Source: Vicugna vicugna (lineage: Eukaryota). From it: a stretch of DNA of 64,000 nucleotides. Below the pieces are notes generated by a model, which did not search any database, was not told the origin of the DNA, and saw nothing but the letters and a program-made list of their open reading frames with translations. The translations under genes were made by a program, and so were the position numbers. This document shows positions 24,331 to 38,950 of the stretch, piece by piece; position 1 is the first letter of the stretch; the number at the start of each line of letters is the position of its first letter. Location: NCBI GenBank assembly GCA_013265495.1, contig MU061560.1, forward strand, positions 930,001-994,000, written 5' to 3'.

Positions 24331-26571
24331 GACTGTATTATTATACTATCTTCTGGCAAGAATGCTTCTACATGTATTCTGAGGCCATGTGAATTTTTAT
24401 TTTCCTACGTGGTTATCTGTGTGATTCTTTCTGTGTCTTTGTAGCTCAGTAACTTCCTGAGGTTACGTCCCTCTGTTGCATTGATTTTTTTTTTCCTAGT
24501 ACATGACATACTTCGTTGATCTTCAGACTAAAGCCATCATTTCAAGGTTGTTTTCTTCTATTTTAGTTTGAATATTCGTTTTCTACTTGTTCAGTTCTCT
24601 TTTTAAGGAAAACATTCCAACGATGCATTTGCTGAATCTCTTTCCCTATGTTCCATGGGTATTATCATCTCTATATTCAGTTTCAAATCATTTTCATTTT
24701 GTTTTCTGCCAGTTGCAAAATCCTATTTACTGTTTTCCTTGCTGTGTGTTTTCAACTTTTGTGTGTGTGTGTGTGTGTCTGGGTGCATGAGTTTAGACAC
24801 TAATTTAGCTTTTGTCTCTTTTGTGCTTCTTTTCTCTTCCTTTTTTGTTCTGACCTCCTACACTCCTTATTCATGTCTTTCTGCAGTCTCTTCTTTGAAC
24901 ATTTGAGCTACTCATTGCCCCCCTTTTTTCTTTAAATAAAGTTCAGAGCTGTACTTTCTTTGAGAGAATAGAAATTCTTTGCCTGACATTTCACGTTTTG
25001 ATGGATAAATTTCCATTTGGTCTGTGGTCCTCATTTGCCTCTTCTCATCACCCCCTGCCCCGCCCAGAGTTTATGCATATTTAAATTGATTTCTTTCTGA
25101 TTTTAACTTACCGTCAAATGAAATTGCTTACCGGAAAAATGGAATGAGAGCAGGAGAGGAGAAATAAGGAAGAAAAAGATCTATGACAGTATGCAGTTAT
25201 CATCTGTGGCCTTGAAGAGCCTTTCACCGAGTCTGCCCTTTTACTCCTCTATCTGGGGCCCGTCCGTTTTCCTAGGAAGACGGCGTGTCTCAGAGTGAAG
25301 TCCCTTAAGGGTATAAGCTTATTTATTGTATGGCAATCGGCTAACTGTTGTCCTGTCTTCCTCCTGATTCTCTTCTGGTGATTTTTGCTCTACTTGTATC
25401 TCGGGAGTAAATAATAGAAATAACGTCACCACATGATTTGATTCCTGACATTTAACGATGTCGTATGAATATTTTTTAAAAAATCAGATGTTTACAGGAC
25501 CACCACTTTTTATCTTGCTGCTCATCTATCCTTTATATTTCGACATTCTAAGTCTAACCATAGGTCACATTTTCTAGACTGAGGTGCTCACTTGTGGGCG
25601 GTGGGGGTGGAATTCTGGGCCAGCTAGCGCCTCAGCAGGCACAACTCGTATTAGCTCTCCTCTTCCCGGTCTGGGTTCCATGGTGCTTGGCAGGTGAACT
25701 GCACTTTATGAGCTTCGGGATTGAAAGAGTTAATTTATTGATATGGATTATTTTATCTGTCTTTCATTCTTTTTGTTGTTTTGTGGAAAGGATGTAAGAA
25801 CAAATAAAAATGACCTTGTCCCACCACGTAAACATAAAGCTATTTGGGAAGCAAACTGTCACCTTTCGGTATCCTTATCTTTCTAAAGTTTAAGGGCACC
25901 TGCGGCACAATATGGAGAGCAGGATGTGATGGATGGAATATGAAAGAGTTTGATATCTTGGAGGAGGTAGAAATAGATCTTCTATGTGAACTTTCCAATC
26001 TCACTTGGGTTTATGAGCAATACACTATATGCTTATGAATATGTATTAACTACAATACAGACTTTGCTTGAAAATTTTAACTTAATTTTGTAGCAGCAGA
26101 TAGCCTAAATCTGTAATTATGCTACTATTTACTGTTGTGTAAAATTCCACTTGATGTTAATTATACTTAATGACTATAGTTCTTAACAGTAATTACAGTA
26201 GAAAATCCGTAAGCAGAATATTTTTTACTCACTTGGTAGGCTGGGTTTTTAAAGAAAAAGAGAACTAGAACTTTGGCAACATAGATGTCCCAGCCATAAA
26301 TTATATTTAGCATCTTAGTAATGACTAGACCAAATAATTTAGCCCTACATTACAATTATATTGGATGTCACTGTGAATTCTATATGCCTTCCCTTATCAA
26401 CTTCATTTTATTTTATAAGGTAATGATAAAAGGCACATAACTTTTACAGTTCTAAAATTAAAATTAAAGACAATTTGAATTCTACCTTTGGTGTGGTAGC
26501 TTACATAGTTCAGACTATTCCTCTGTCAATGGAAACAAATCTACTTGGGAAAAATATTTAAAAACTGTTTA

Positions 26572-27725
26572 GGCTCAAAAGCAAAAACCAACATTAAAGT
26601 TAAAAGCCACTGTATAGCAAAAGAAAAACTCAATAAAATGAAAACGCAACCTATGGAATGGAAGAAAATAATTGCAAACCCCATCTTGAAGAAGGGGTTA
26701 ATATCCAAAATATATAAAGAACTCATACAATTCAATAACAATAAAAACCTCAAACAACCTGATTAAAAAATGGACAGAGGAACTGAATAGAACTTTTTTT
26801 CCCAAAGAAGACAAACAGATGGCCAACAAGTACATGAAAAGGTGATCGACATCACTAATCATCAGGGAAAGGCAAATCAAAGCCATGAGACAGCACCTCA
26901 CACCTGTTAGAATGACTATTATCAGGAAGACAACAGGTAGCAGGTGCTGGTGTGGGTGTGGAGAAGAGGGAACCCCCATACTCTGTTGGTGGAAATGCAC
27001 ACTGGCAGAGCCAGCATAAAAAACAGCATAGAGGTTCCTCAAGAAATAAAAGCAGAACCATCACATGATTCAGCACTCCTCTTCTGGGTACATATCTAAA
27101 GGAAATTAAAACAGGATATTGAAGAGATATATGCAGGCTCATGTTTATTGCAGTGCTATTTACAGTAGCCAGGATATAGAAACAACCTAAGTGTCTGTTG
27201 ATGGATAAAGAAGACTACACACACACACACACACTGAAATATTATTTAGCCATGATACAGAAGGACAACCTGCCATTTGTGACAGCAGGGATGGACTTGA
27301 GGACATTATGCTAAGTGAGGTGAGTCAGACAGAGAAAGGCAAATACCGTATGAGATCACTTATATGTGGAATCTAAAAAAGTTAAACTCGTGAAAACAGA
27401 GAATAGAGTGGTGGTTACCAGGGGCCAGGGTGTAGGGGAAGAGGAAAGAGATAGTTTGTGGACATGAGCTTTAAAATAGTAGATACATAAGTCCTGGAGA
27501 TCTAATGCACAGTTTCGTGATTTTAGACAATATTGTATTATAAACATCAAACCTGTTAAGAGAGTAGATCTTAAATATTCCAGCCCCTCAAAGAAACGAT
27601 AATTATGCGACTGATAGAGGTGTTAGCTAACACTACAGATGCAATTATATTGCAATCTATAAATGTATCAAATCAACAGGTGTACACTTTAAACTTATAT
27701 GTCAAATGTATTTCAATGAAAAACT
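26572..27725 (+). mobile_element. L1 (L1MA-age) ORF2 C-terminus and 3'UTR
   Basis: ORF 26545-26766 MKTQPMEWKKIIAN...[12 protein letters not shown]; cacacctgttagaatg; internal (CA)n. Confidence 0.9.
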
Positions 27726-28638
27726 ATTTAAAGGCGTTGGGAAACAGGGATAGCGCAAGATGAATGAACTAGAAACAGAGAAGGACAGAAACCCCAGAAG
27801 GTAAATTGCATTTGTGGTTCGTTTTCCCCTAGATTCTTTGCAGATTCTGCAGGGGATAGGGGAGTGGATGAAACACCACTAAGCTGAGCAGAACCTGTGA
27901 CAGTCTTACTGAACTGGGTGAACGGTAAGTGGTGTCTAGGGGCCCCAGAGGGAGGAGCTGCAAAACTCTTGGCTTTGAATAGCCCCTGTAAAGATGAACA
28001 AGAAGTAGCCATGATGCTCTCAGATGGCTCAGTTTAAATTTATCTCAATTCATGGGACCTGGATTGAGGAGACCTCCGATTGTTAGTGGCCCCAGGTGAC
28101 TGGCATCAGCAAACATAAACCTTCCTTAGGGGAAAATTGTATCATTTTCATCCTCAAAATGTTATTTCCACAAGCAATTTTGCAAACAAAATGCTTGTTC
28201 ACAATAAAGGATAATTTAGAACGTGAGAAGATAAGACAGCACAAAAGAAAATAAACAGGAACGGTGGACAATAAGAAAAGACCAGTCAAATCTCCTGCTT
28301 TCAGACCTAATGGATGAGGACTGAAACACAGAGTATTTTAAAACATTGGCTAAACTCCAGGACATAAGTCCAAAGTCAAAAAAGTAAAACCATACTTATT
28401 ATTAATTGCCACATGGCCATTATGCTGGAAATTAGTAACAAAATGTATTTTTAAAATCCCCATGCTTGGAAAATAAGAAATACATTTCCAAATGATTGGT
28501 TGGGCAAAGAAGGAATTACAATAGAAACCAGATAACGTTTTAAACTAAATGATCATAAAGTAATACCTAAAAAGGCTGGTAGGATATAGCTAACGCACTG
28601 CTTAGAGGGAAGTATATAACTTTAAAATAATATATTAG

Positions 28639-28815
28639 GTGGGGAGGGTATAGCTCAAAGTGGTAGAGCACATGCTTAGCATGCATGAGGTCCTGGATTC
28701 AATCCCCAGTACCTTCTCCTCAAAAAAAAAAAAAAAGCANNNNNNNNNNNNNNNNNNNNNNNNNNNNNNNNNNNNNNNNNNNNNNNNNNNNNNNNNNNNN
28801 NNNNAAAAAAAAAAA
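28639..28815 (+). mobile_element. tRNA-derived SINE (Vic-1 type); tail spans a gap
   Basis: ggggagggtatagctcaaagtggtagagcacatgcttagcatgcatgaggtcctggattcaatccccagtacc followed by polyA. Confidence 0.92.
28740..28804. other. Assembly gap
   Basis: Run of 65 N. Confidence 0.99.
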
Positions 28816-29835
28816 GATTAAAAAATAATATGTAAGAAAAGAAGGAAGGCTGACAAGCAATGAGCTAATAAAGGGTGGGGGGAGGAGCATGAAAAATTAA
28901 ATCAAATACTGTAGGAAAAGAAAATAATGAAGATAAAAGTAAAAATTAATTGAATAAAAATGAAAATACAATAAAGAGTATTAACAAATCCAAAAGTGGT
29001 GTGATTGTTCAGAGATGCAGAGAGAGAGAAGGAGAAGGATAAATAACTTTTTACAACTAGAAATTCCTAACTAACGTCAGGAATGCAAAAGAAGATATTA
29101 TTAAAGATACCACAGACATTAAAAAAAGCAAAAGAAGAGATTACAAACAGAACAACTTCATAGCAGTAAACTTGAAAATTTTGATTATGTATTTATATAT
29201 ATAAATTTCTAAAAAATTTATTCTAACAGAACTGATAAAAGAAGATATTTTAAACTCTAAATAGTATCACACCTTAAAGAAATTAAACCTATAGTATAAT
29301 CCACACATATAAACACAATGCCCACAGCTCTATATTGATAAAGCTTAAACAATGAAATTTACCAAATATTTAAAGTATTGCACAATCTCTTTTAGAGAAT
29401 AGAAAAAGAGGAAATACTCCTCAATGCATTTTATGTAACCCAGATAATCTTCATATGAGAACCTGACAAGAATATAAAAGAAGGAAAATTAGAGGACTAT
29501 CTCACACAAGAAAGTATACACAAAAATCCTAAATAAAGAAAAGAAATAACAAAATGAATCCAGGAGTTATGTATGTGTGGGGTGTGTGCATGTGTAGAGA
29601 GAGAAAGTTATATGTATGTGTATAGTATGTTATGTGTAAGTACATATATATATATAAAGTTATTCTGAAAATGCAAGCTGTGTTTAACATAGAAAAAAAT
29701 CCATCACTGAAATTGCCAAATTAAGAGAATAAAGGAGAAATATCATATGATCTTCTCAACAGAAGAAGAAATAACATTTGTAAAACCCAACACCTGTTTA
29801 TATAGAACACTCTTAACACTCTTAAGACATAGGAC

Positions 29836-30369
29836 CTTTTTTTTTTTTTAATTCAGGTATATAGTCAGTTTACAATGTTGTGTCAATTTCTGGTGTACAG
29901 CACAAAGTCATACATGAGTATATATATATTCATTTTCATATTCTTTTTCACCATAAGCTACTATAAGATGTTGAATATATTTCCCTGTGCTATACAGTAT
30001 AAACTTGTTTATCTATTTTATATATACCAGTCAGTATCTGCAAATCTCGAGCTCCCAGTTTATCCCTTACCACCCCACTCCCCTCTGGCAACCCCAAATC
30101 TGTATTCTATGTTTGTGAGTCTGTTTCTGTTTTACATATAAGTTCATTTGTCTTTTTTTTTTGATTCCACATATGAATGATATCATATGGTATTTTTCTT
30201 TCTCTTTCTGGCTTACTTCACTTAGGATGACATTCTCCAAGGCCATCCATGTTGCTGCAAATGGCATTATTTTATCATTTTTTATGGCTGAGTAGTATTC
30301 CATTGTATAAATGTACCACAACTTCTTTTTCCAGTCATCTATTGATGGACATTTAGGCTGTTTCCATGT
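29836..30369 (-). mobile_element. 5'-truncated young L1
   Basis: ORF 30067-30321 WYIYTMEYYSAIKNDKIMPFAATW; polyT; perfect TSD ttaagacataggac (29822-29835 / 30370-30383). Confidence 0.96.
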
Positions 30370-31243
30370 TTAAGACATAGGACATTTTGATAAGGTGTAT
30401 CTACCTACAGTGAACATATTTTATGGTGAAAATTTGAAAGATTTTCCTTTGAAATTGGTAGTAAGACCAGGATACCTGCTGTCTTATCTCTATTCAAATT
30501 GTAGTAGAGGTTTTAGCCGAGAGAGTAAGGGGGAAAAAAGAAAAGAAAAAGAAAAAAAGTGAAAGTCGGAAAAAGAGAAAAAATAACTGTCATTATTCAC
30601 TGGCATTACTATGTAAATAGAAAATTCAAAACCATGTGTGGATAAATAATTGGAATTAATAAAAAAATTCAGGAAGTTTGCCAGATAAAATTTCATGACA
30701 TGGAAATACATTATTTTTTATGTATTTGTAATAGAAAATGAAATGATTTCTTAAAACATAAATATAACAAACCCCTTAAGAATAATAAAAGATGTGTACA
30801 ATCTACAGACAACCATAAACACTGAAAGAAATTAAACAAGATCTAGAATAATAAGGGGCTATAATATATTCATAAATTTATTTGAAGATCTGTTCATTGT
30901 AAAAATACTAATCCTTATCAAACAGATCCATAGATAAAATACAAACAAAATCCTAATAGGTTTTCATGGATCTTTTTATGGATTTGGAAAAGATGATTCT
31001 AAACTTTACACAGAAACACTAAAACCAAAAAAACCAAACAGAACTTGTCCAAAGAGATAATATGAATTTATTAGAAGACTACAGTAATTAAGAGTGGGTA
31101 ATGGTTTAAGTATAGACAAATAGATTAGTGGAAAAGAGTAAAAAGCCAACAAAGAAAAACAAAACATATGGGTGTTTAATTCATGACAAAGGTAGGAACT
31201 GCATAGAAGTGAAAAAAAGGAAAGGCTTTTCAATTGATGACAG

Positions 31244-31924
31244 TGTTATCAGACCAGACTTGAGTCTGTTCTCCTTGGTTGTGGCAAAGCCAATCTACTG
31301 ACACTAGGTGTGGTGAAGGAAAGGACCACATTTATTGCAAGGCACCAAGCAAGGAGTGTGGGAAACTCTTGCTGTAAAAACCTGAACTCCCCCATGGCTT
31401 TTAAGGACCCATTTTCAAAGACAGTGTGAGGGAGAGAATCAAGGGGTGTGTGATCAGCTCCTGCACATTTCTCTGATTGGTGGGTGATAAGGTAACCAGG
31501 AGAAGTCACAGGGGTTAACACGATCAGCCTACATTCCACCCCATCTGGAGGATGCTTCTTGCTCATGGACACCACTCTCCATCCTGTCAGGTTCCGGTTT
31601 CTGCAAAACAACTGAGCAATGTGCATTAGACTTCATCTTTGCCTTTGAGATAGAACTGGGAGTCCTTGAGGATGATTCACTAAGTTATGGTTATTTCTCG
31701 GCTGACTGCCCTGTCTTTGTTTCTGCATTTCTTAGCTTTTCCAATCATCAGCTGCTAAGGCTTTTTTTTTTTCTTTCTTTCTTTCCTTTCTCTATTCATG
31801 GAGGGCTTAGGAGGCCATGGTATAGTCCCACACTGTATTTCTAATCACCAGTAAGCAGGGGACACAGGGGTGGGGGTAGGGAGTCTGTTCTCAGGAAGAC
31901 CTTAGAGAGTTCTGCTTGGTTTTA
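31244..31924 (-). mobile_element. ERV1 solo LTR
   Basis: tgttatcagacc terminus, antisense polyA signal tttatt, ctgattgg CCAAT box. Interrupts the old L1. Confidence 0.8.
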
Positions 31925-33539
31925 GTATCACTGAATATACATGGCTGAAAAAAATTGATTATATCTAACATTATATGCAAAGTAACCAAGTACTGGTGGT
32001 GGATTGTAAAAATAAAGGTAACACACAAAGCATTTAGAAGATTATAAAAGAAATTTTATCTTGGGATAACTGATCTTGGGAAAGGGAAAAACTTCTTACA
32101 CAGGGAATAAAAAGCACTGAAACCAAAGAAAAAGATGATAAATTTGACCACTTTAATACTAAGAACTTCTGCTTCTCAAATACCCTTACAAAAGTGAAAA
32201 AGCAAGTCTCAGAATGGAAAAAAGATATTTGAAAAAATATATAACCGACAGGGCTATATCTTGAATATGTAAAGAGCTGTTAAAAATCAATAAGAAAAAT
32301 AACTCAATAGAAAAGTGTGCCAGGGATCTAAACAAGCACTGTTGAAAAGAGGGTTATACAATGGCCAACACACAGATGAAAATAGTCAAGTCCTCTGGAA
32401 ATAGAGAAATACAAGTAAAAACCATGATACCAATATACAGCCACCAGAATTAAAATTAAAACTAAAGTAAAATTAAAATTACCTAATTAAATCAAAGACT
32501 GTTCATACAGGTGTTGGCGATTACATGGAACAAAGGGAATTCCTTTAGTGCTTATGGGAATGTAAAGGGGTGTAACACCAATTCAGAAACAGGTTGGCAT
32601 TATCTCCTAAAGTTAAATTAATGTATATTCTACTGCCTAGGAATTTCACTTCCAGGTATACACCCCACAGAGATACACAGATACATGTACCAAAACTCAT
32701 GCATGAGAGTGTTCATACCACCATTACCCACAACAGAGAAAAATCTAATCTAGAAAATTCTGAGTGTCCATCAATAATAGAACTGATAACAAATGTTATC
32801 AGTGTATCAGTATATCCATGTGATGAAATGTATCAGCAGTGAAAATGAACAAACATCTGTTATTTTTAAAACACAGATGAATTTTTTAAATGTAATGTTC
32901 ATTTAAGGAGGTAATATAAAAATTGACACATACTGTATGATTTTATTTATACAAAAGTCACAAAAACAGGCAAAATGAAACTACTTGGCTTAGAGATACA
33001 TATTAAAACTATAAAACAAGAAAGTGATTGCCATGTAAGCTCCAGATATTGGCTACATTTTCAGGGCAAGGAGAGGAATTGGTGATGGAGTAGGAGGAGT
33101 TCTCTAGAGTTCTGTCAATACACTTTTTTCTTGATGTGGCTCGTGCTTACATGGCTGTTCATTCTGGGATAAATTACTGAGCTGTACTTTTGTTGTCTGG
33201 GCACTGATGCTTCCATAGGTGTGGCAATCAAAGATACTCCACTGTGCTGGGATACAAAAAAAAACTGAAAGTGTGGCTCTTCTAAATTCTGCTCTATAAC
33301 AGTGACACACAACTTAGAGACCTGTAGACAAAAATTACTTCCTAATTACTTCTAGGAAGTAATGCACAATTTAGTATAAATTACTGCTATATTTTATTAC
33401 AAGAATGAATCTCTTGCAGCATGAGGTACATGGCAACATAGGTTCTCAGTTCTTGCAAAAACAACAGTTCTTTCTGACATACTCTTATCCAAAGATTCTC
33501 ATTGGTGAAAGTTGATGAATTAAAATTATTTTTAAGGCA

Positions 33540-33897
33540 GGACAAGAAAAAAATTTAAACATAAAATTATTTCTCTGATCATGTAAGCCACTGCCCCCAT
33601 CCCTTTAGTGGGCATTTTGCACCTGCACCATATATTAATGAGACTCCCTTAGAAGACCAAGGAATGCCTACTCACTCTAAAAGGCAACTTTCTCCCATAG
33701 CCAGTGAGGTAACTCCTTAAGAGATACACTTATTTCTCAATCCTGTAAGGGGTCACACTGACCCTTTGCTTCTCTTGTTGGACTATGTAAACTGTCATTG
33801 TTAAAGACTATCTTTCAGGTTATAATTCTCAGGTTGGCTTGAATAAAATTTTCTGTTTCTTTCTTAGACTGACTATTAATTAAATTCTTTGGCAACA
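33540..33897 (+). mobile_element. Degenerate ERV LTR
   Basis: gaataaaattttc...ttctttggcaaca 3' end; the 5' boundary is uncertain. Confidence 0.45.
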
Positions 33898-35157
33898 GAG
33901 TAATCAGGATGAGCAATAAACTGCTATTACTGCTTCCATCATAAAATTGCTGTGAGAATTTCACGTATATAAATACAAAATGTTTCGTATAATGGCTAGT
34001 ATAAGGTAAATTCTACTAGGGGCGATAATAATGTTCTATCATATCTTAATCTAGATGGTGGCTATATTGTGTGTTTTAAATGTTCATGAAGCTATATGCT
34101 TAATATGTATGAACTATGTTTTATATTACCCTGTAATGAAAAGTTTAACCTGCGGTGCTAATGCACTCACACACAAAAAGAATTGTTGTCAACAACACGT
34201 TATTGACTGGTATGAAAAACGAGTGAGCTCCAGGGAATGCTAATGGCTTGCTCTCAAGATTAATTTTTCTAAAGGACAAAACAAAGGTTTAAAATTTCTG
34301 TACAAATTAACGTAATTGCTGTCATTCAAGCTTTTGAACATTTATTAAGCATGTGCTTTGTGCCTGACGTTTTTCCGGGTGCTGTAGATAAGTCAGATTT
34401 GGATGCTAAAATATTCAGAAATGTTTTAGAATTATTAGATCTTTTTTGGAATAATAAAGTGAGATAATAGTTAATATACTCCTCTGTCTAGCCGGTGTTG
34501 AGTGAACTTCTTGCCTGTCGGCTGAATAAGCCTAGAGCTACTATAATTCTTCAGGCTAAATCGGCAAATACTGCTGCCAGGATGACCATCAAACTCTTTC
34601 TTTTCTCTGATGTCTAGTCTCTGGCTAAGGATTGGGTTAGATACACTGATGCAAGTCATTTGGATTATGATATGTGTGAAGAAGTGAGGTGATAACCAAG
34701 TCTGAGTGAAAAGACAGAGAACTATTTTTGAAACTTCGACTCATTGGAGCAGGAACATTGGGCAGATGATGGAAGCTTACTTAGGAAATTTTACAGTCTA
34801 AGGATTAGCTGTTACAACATCATGGGCAGTGAACTTGTTAGGGTAGGATATCTCTAAAATCTACCATAAGGCTAATTTAATTGATTATTTCAAAAAGGCT
34901 AAACCAGTAAGGACCTTATTTGGAACTAATAAAACATTGATTTCTTTAGAATGTCAGTGACTTATAATTAGACAAAATATATCTTTCCTACAATAAATAA
35001 CAAAAGAATTTTCACTCTAAGGGCATGAGCATTAGGTTTTGGAGTCTCTTTGTAAAGAGCCATTCCCTTTATTGGAATGCATGATCTGTTACTGTGAGTT
35101 TCATTATACCAGATCTGACTGTAAAACAACTCAATCAATATATCAATCTGCAATTTT

Positions 35158-38100
35158 TCTATTGTGATAGAGTTGATGTACCGTATTGTATGTTACAGGT
35201 GTGCAACATAGTAATTCATAATTTTAAAGGTTATACTCCATTTATAGTTCTTATACAATATTGGCTATCTACCTTATTTTGTATAATACATCCTTGTGTC
35301 TTATTTATTTTCTACATAGTAGTTTGTGCCTCTTAATCTCTTACACCTGTCTTGCCACTACCCCTTTCCTTCTCTCCGTTGGTAACTAGTTTGTTCTCAA
35401 TATCTGCTTCTTTTTTGTTATAATACTAGTTTGTAGTATTTTTCAGAGTCCACATTTGAGTAATACAGAGTATTGTCTTTCTATGTTAGACTTATTTTGC
35501 TTAGCAAAATATCCTCCAAGTCCATCCATGTTGAGGCAAATGGCAAAATTTTATTATTTTTTATGGCTGAATAGTATTCTACTGTATACTACATCTTCTT
35601 TATCTATTCATCTGTTGATTATCTCTTCACATGCAACATTGTACAGGATTTGGATTTGCTTTATTTAATTTATTTATTATTATATATATTAATAAATTTA
35701 TATATTTATTAATATATATAATATATATTATATATATACATAAAAATCTATATATTATATATATATATATAGGTATCTTGTACATTGCAGTGGGTGTGAA
35801 GATACTATTTTAATATTTGTACAAAGTTTAATTTTAATTGTTCTATGTATATAGCTGCATATCTAAATAATAATAATAAAAAGTTCTTATAAAAAAAAAA
35901 CAACTTAGGTTGTTCCCGTATCTTGGCAGTTGTAAATAATGTGCTGTGAACCCTGGGACACATGTATGTTTTCAAGTTTGTGTTTATATCTTTCTCAGAT
36001 ATATACCCAGGAGTGGAATGCTGGGTCATATGGTAGTTTTATTTTTAGTTTTCCAAGAAACCTCCATATTGTTCTCCACAGTGGCTGCACCAATTTATAT
36101 TCCCACCAAAAGTGTATGAAATTTCCCTTTTCTCCACATTCTTACCAACATTTATTATTTGTGGTCTTTTTGACCATGGCCATTCTGACTGGTGTGAGGT
36201 GATATCTCATTGTGGTTTTAATTTGCATTTCTCTGAAGATTAATAATGCTGAATATCTTTTCATGTGCTTGTTGCCTCTCTGTATATCTTCTTTAGAAAA
36301 ATGTCTATTCAGGTCTTCTATCCACTTTTAAATTGGGGTGTTTGTTTTTTTGATGCTAAGTTGCATGTGTTGTTTACATACTTTAGATATTAATCTCTTA
36401 TTAGTCATATAATTAGTAAATATTTTCTCCCACTTTGTAGGTTGTCTTTTTGTTTTGTCAAAGGTTTCCTTTGCTGAGCAAAAAATTTTAAGTTTGATTA
36501 GGTCCCACTTGTTTATTTTTGCTTTTGTTTCCTTTACTTTAGGTGACAAACCCCAAAAAAATATTGTTACAATTTATGCCGAAGAGTGTTCTGCCTATGT
36601 TTTCTTCTAGAAGTTTTGTGCACTCTGGTTTTACATTTAGGTCTTTAATCCATTTTGAGTTTATTTTTGTATACGGTGTTAGAGAATGTTCTAATTTCAT
36701 TTTGCATGTAGCTGTCCAGTTTTCCCAGCACCACACTGAAGAGACTGTCTTTTCTTCACTATATATTCTTGTCTCCTTTCTCATAGATTAATTGACCATA
36801 AGTGCATGGGTTTATTTCTGGGCTGTCTATTCGGTTTCATTGATCTATGTGTCTGTTTTTATGCCAGCACCATGCTGTTTTGATTATTGTAGCTTTGTAG
36901 TATAGCCTGAAGTCAGGAAACCTGATTCCTCCAGCTTTGTTTTTCTTTTTCAAGATCATTTCAACTATTTGAGGTCTATTGTGTTTCCATACAAATTTTA
37001 ATATTATTTGTTGTAGTTCTGTGAAGAATGCCATTGGTATTTTGATAGGATTGCACTAAATCTGTACATTGCCTTAGGTATGATAATTTTAACAATATTA
37101 ACTTTTTCAATCCATGAGAGCAGTATATCCTTCTTTCCAGGTCATCTTAGGTTTATAATTTTCTGAGTACAGGTCTTTCATCCCCTTAGGTTTATTTCTA
37201 TGTGTTTTATTATTTTTAAAGCAATGGTAAATTGAATTGTTTGCTTAATTTTTCTTTCTGATAGTTTGTCATTACTGTGTAAAAATGCAGCATATTTCCA
37301 TATATTAATTCTGTACCTTACAACTTTACTGAATTAATTGATAAGCCACAGTAGTTTTCTGGTAGCATCTTCAGGATTTTTCATGTATAGTATGATGTCA
37401 CTTGCAAAAAGTGACAGTTTTACTTCTCTAATCTAGATTTCTTTTATTTCTTTTTCTTCTCTGATTGCTCTGACTATGACTTCCAAACTATGTTGAATAA
37501 AAGTGATGAGAATGGACTTCCTTGTTTTGTTCCTAATCTTAGAGGAAATGCTTTTAGCTTTTCAACATTGAGTCTGTTGTTAGCTGTGGGTTTGTCATCT
37601 ATGCCTTTATTAGTTTAAGGTATGTTTCATCTATGTCCCCCTTTTGGAGAGTTTTTGATAGTTTTTTGAAAGATTTTGAAAAAATCTTAATGTATTGTTG
37701 GATTTGGTTTGTTAATATTTTGTTGAGGATTTTTGCATCAATATTCATCAGTGATATTGGCCTGTAATTTTCTTTTTTTGTGATATCTTTGTCTGGTGTT
37801 TGGTATCAGGTTGAGGCTGCCTTGTAGAATGAGTTCAGAAGCATTTCTGCCTTTGCAATTTGTTGGAGTAGTTTGAGAAGAGCAGGTGTTAACTCTTCTC
37901 CAAATGTTTGGTAGAATTCATCTGTGAAGCCATCTGGTCCTGGACTTCTGTTTATTGGAATTATTTAATTACTGATTCAACTTCATTACTGGTAATTTGT
38001 CTGTTCACGGTTTCTGTTTCTTTCAGGTTCAGTCTTGGGAGGTTGTACATTTCTAAGAGTTTGTCCATTTCGTCTAGGTTATTTTATTGCCATATCATTG

Positions 38101-38748
38101 TTTGTAGTAGTCTCATGATATTTTGTATTTCTGTGGTGTCAGTTATAATTTTTCCTTCCCCCCCCCAATTTTATTGATTTGGGTCCTCTCTTTTTCTTGA
38201 TGAGTCTGGTCAGAGATTTGTCAGTTTTGTTTATCTTTTCAAAGAACTAGCTCTTAGTTTCATTGATCTTTCCTTTTTATTTTTTAATTTCTATTTCATT
38301 TATTTCTGCTCTGATCTTTATGGTTTCTTTCCTTCTCTTAACTTTGGGTTTTATTTGTCCTTCTTTTTAAATCCCTTTAGGTGTAAGTTTAGGTTGTTTG
38401 AGTTTTTTCTTGCTTACTGAGATAATCTTGTATCCCTACAAACTTTCCTCTAGAACAGCTTTTGCTGCATCCCATAGATTTTGGGTTGTTGTATTTTTGT
38501 TTTATTTGTCTCCAGGTATTTTTTGATTTCCTCTTAGATTTCTTCAGTGATCCGTTGACTGTTTAGTAGCATGTAACAATATGCTCCACCTGTTTGTGTT
38601 TTTTGCAGGTTTTTTTTTCTTATGGCTGATTTCTAATAGCATAGTATTGTGATCAGAAAAGATCTTTGATATGATTTCACTTTTCTAAAATTCACCCAGG
38701 CTTGTTTTGTGGTCGAGTATGTTATCTATCCTGGAGAATGTTCCTTGG
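35158..38748 (-). mobile_element. L1 ORF2 and 3'UTR (decayed), interrupted at 35620-35900
   Basis: Collinear ORF2 peptides [24 protein letters not shown] and [16 protein letters not shown]. Confidence 0.95.
35620..35900 (+). pseudogene. Polyadenylated non-L1 insert, probable retrocopied mRNA 3'UTR fragment
   Basis: Splits contiguous L1 sequence (catctgttgat | acttaggttg). AATAAA at 35875-35880, A10 at 35891-35900, internal (TA)-rich tract. Confidence 0.6.
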
Positions 38749-38789
38749 TTTTCTTGTTTGTGTGTTTGTTTTAAATTTACTAAGCAACT

Positions 38790-38950
38790 ATTTTATTTTA
38801 TTTTATTTTATTTTATTTTATTTTATTTTATGGTGGTTTTTTTTGGGGGGGGATTAGATTTATTTATTTACTTACTTTAATGGAGATACTGGGGATTGAA
38901 CCCAGTTCTTGCTAAGCAATACATTCTACCACTGAGCTCTACCCTCCCTC
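38790..38950 (-). mobile_element. tRNA-derived SINE (Vic-1 type) with internal deletion and (TTTTA)n tail
   Basis: actggggattgaacccag...ctaagc...ctaccactgagct. Confidence 0.85.

Larger units (their letters stand above)
28340..33200 (+). mobile_element. Old, highly decayed L1M ORF2-3'UTR hosting nested SINE, L1 and LTR insertions
   Basis: A-rich L1-like segments in collinear order: gcttagagggaa, tcatatgatcttctcaac, tggaaaaaagatatttg, tactgtatgattttattta. Confidence 0.75.

Noticed and set aside
26232..26241. Minus-strand 8-nt micro-exon (cccag|CCTACCAA|gtgagt)
   Set aside because: Frame-shifting length, no host gene evident, and motif-level chance is high.
28641..28712. tRNA gene
   Set aside because: The tRNA-like head is followed by a SINE tail, and related copies have TSDs. 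It is a SINE.
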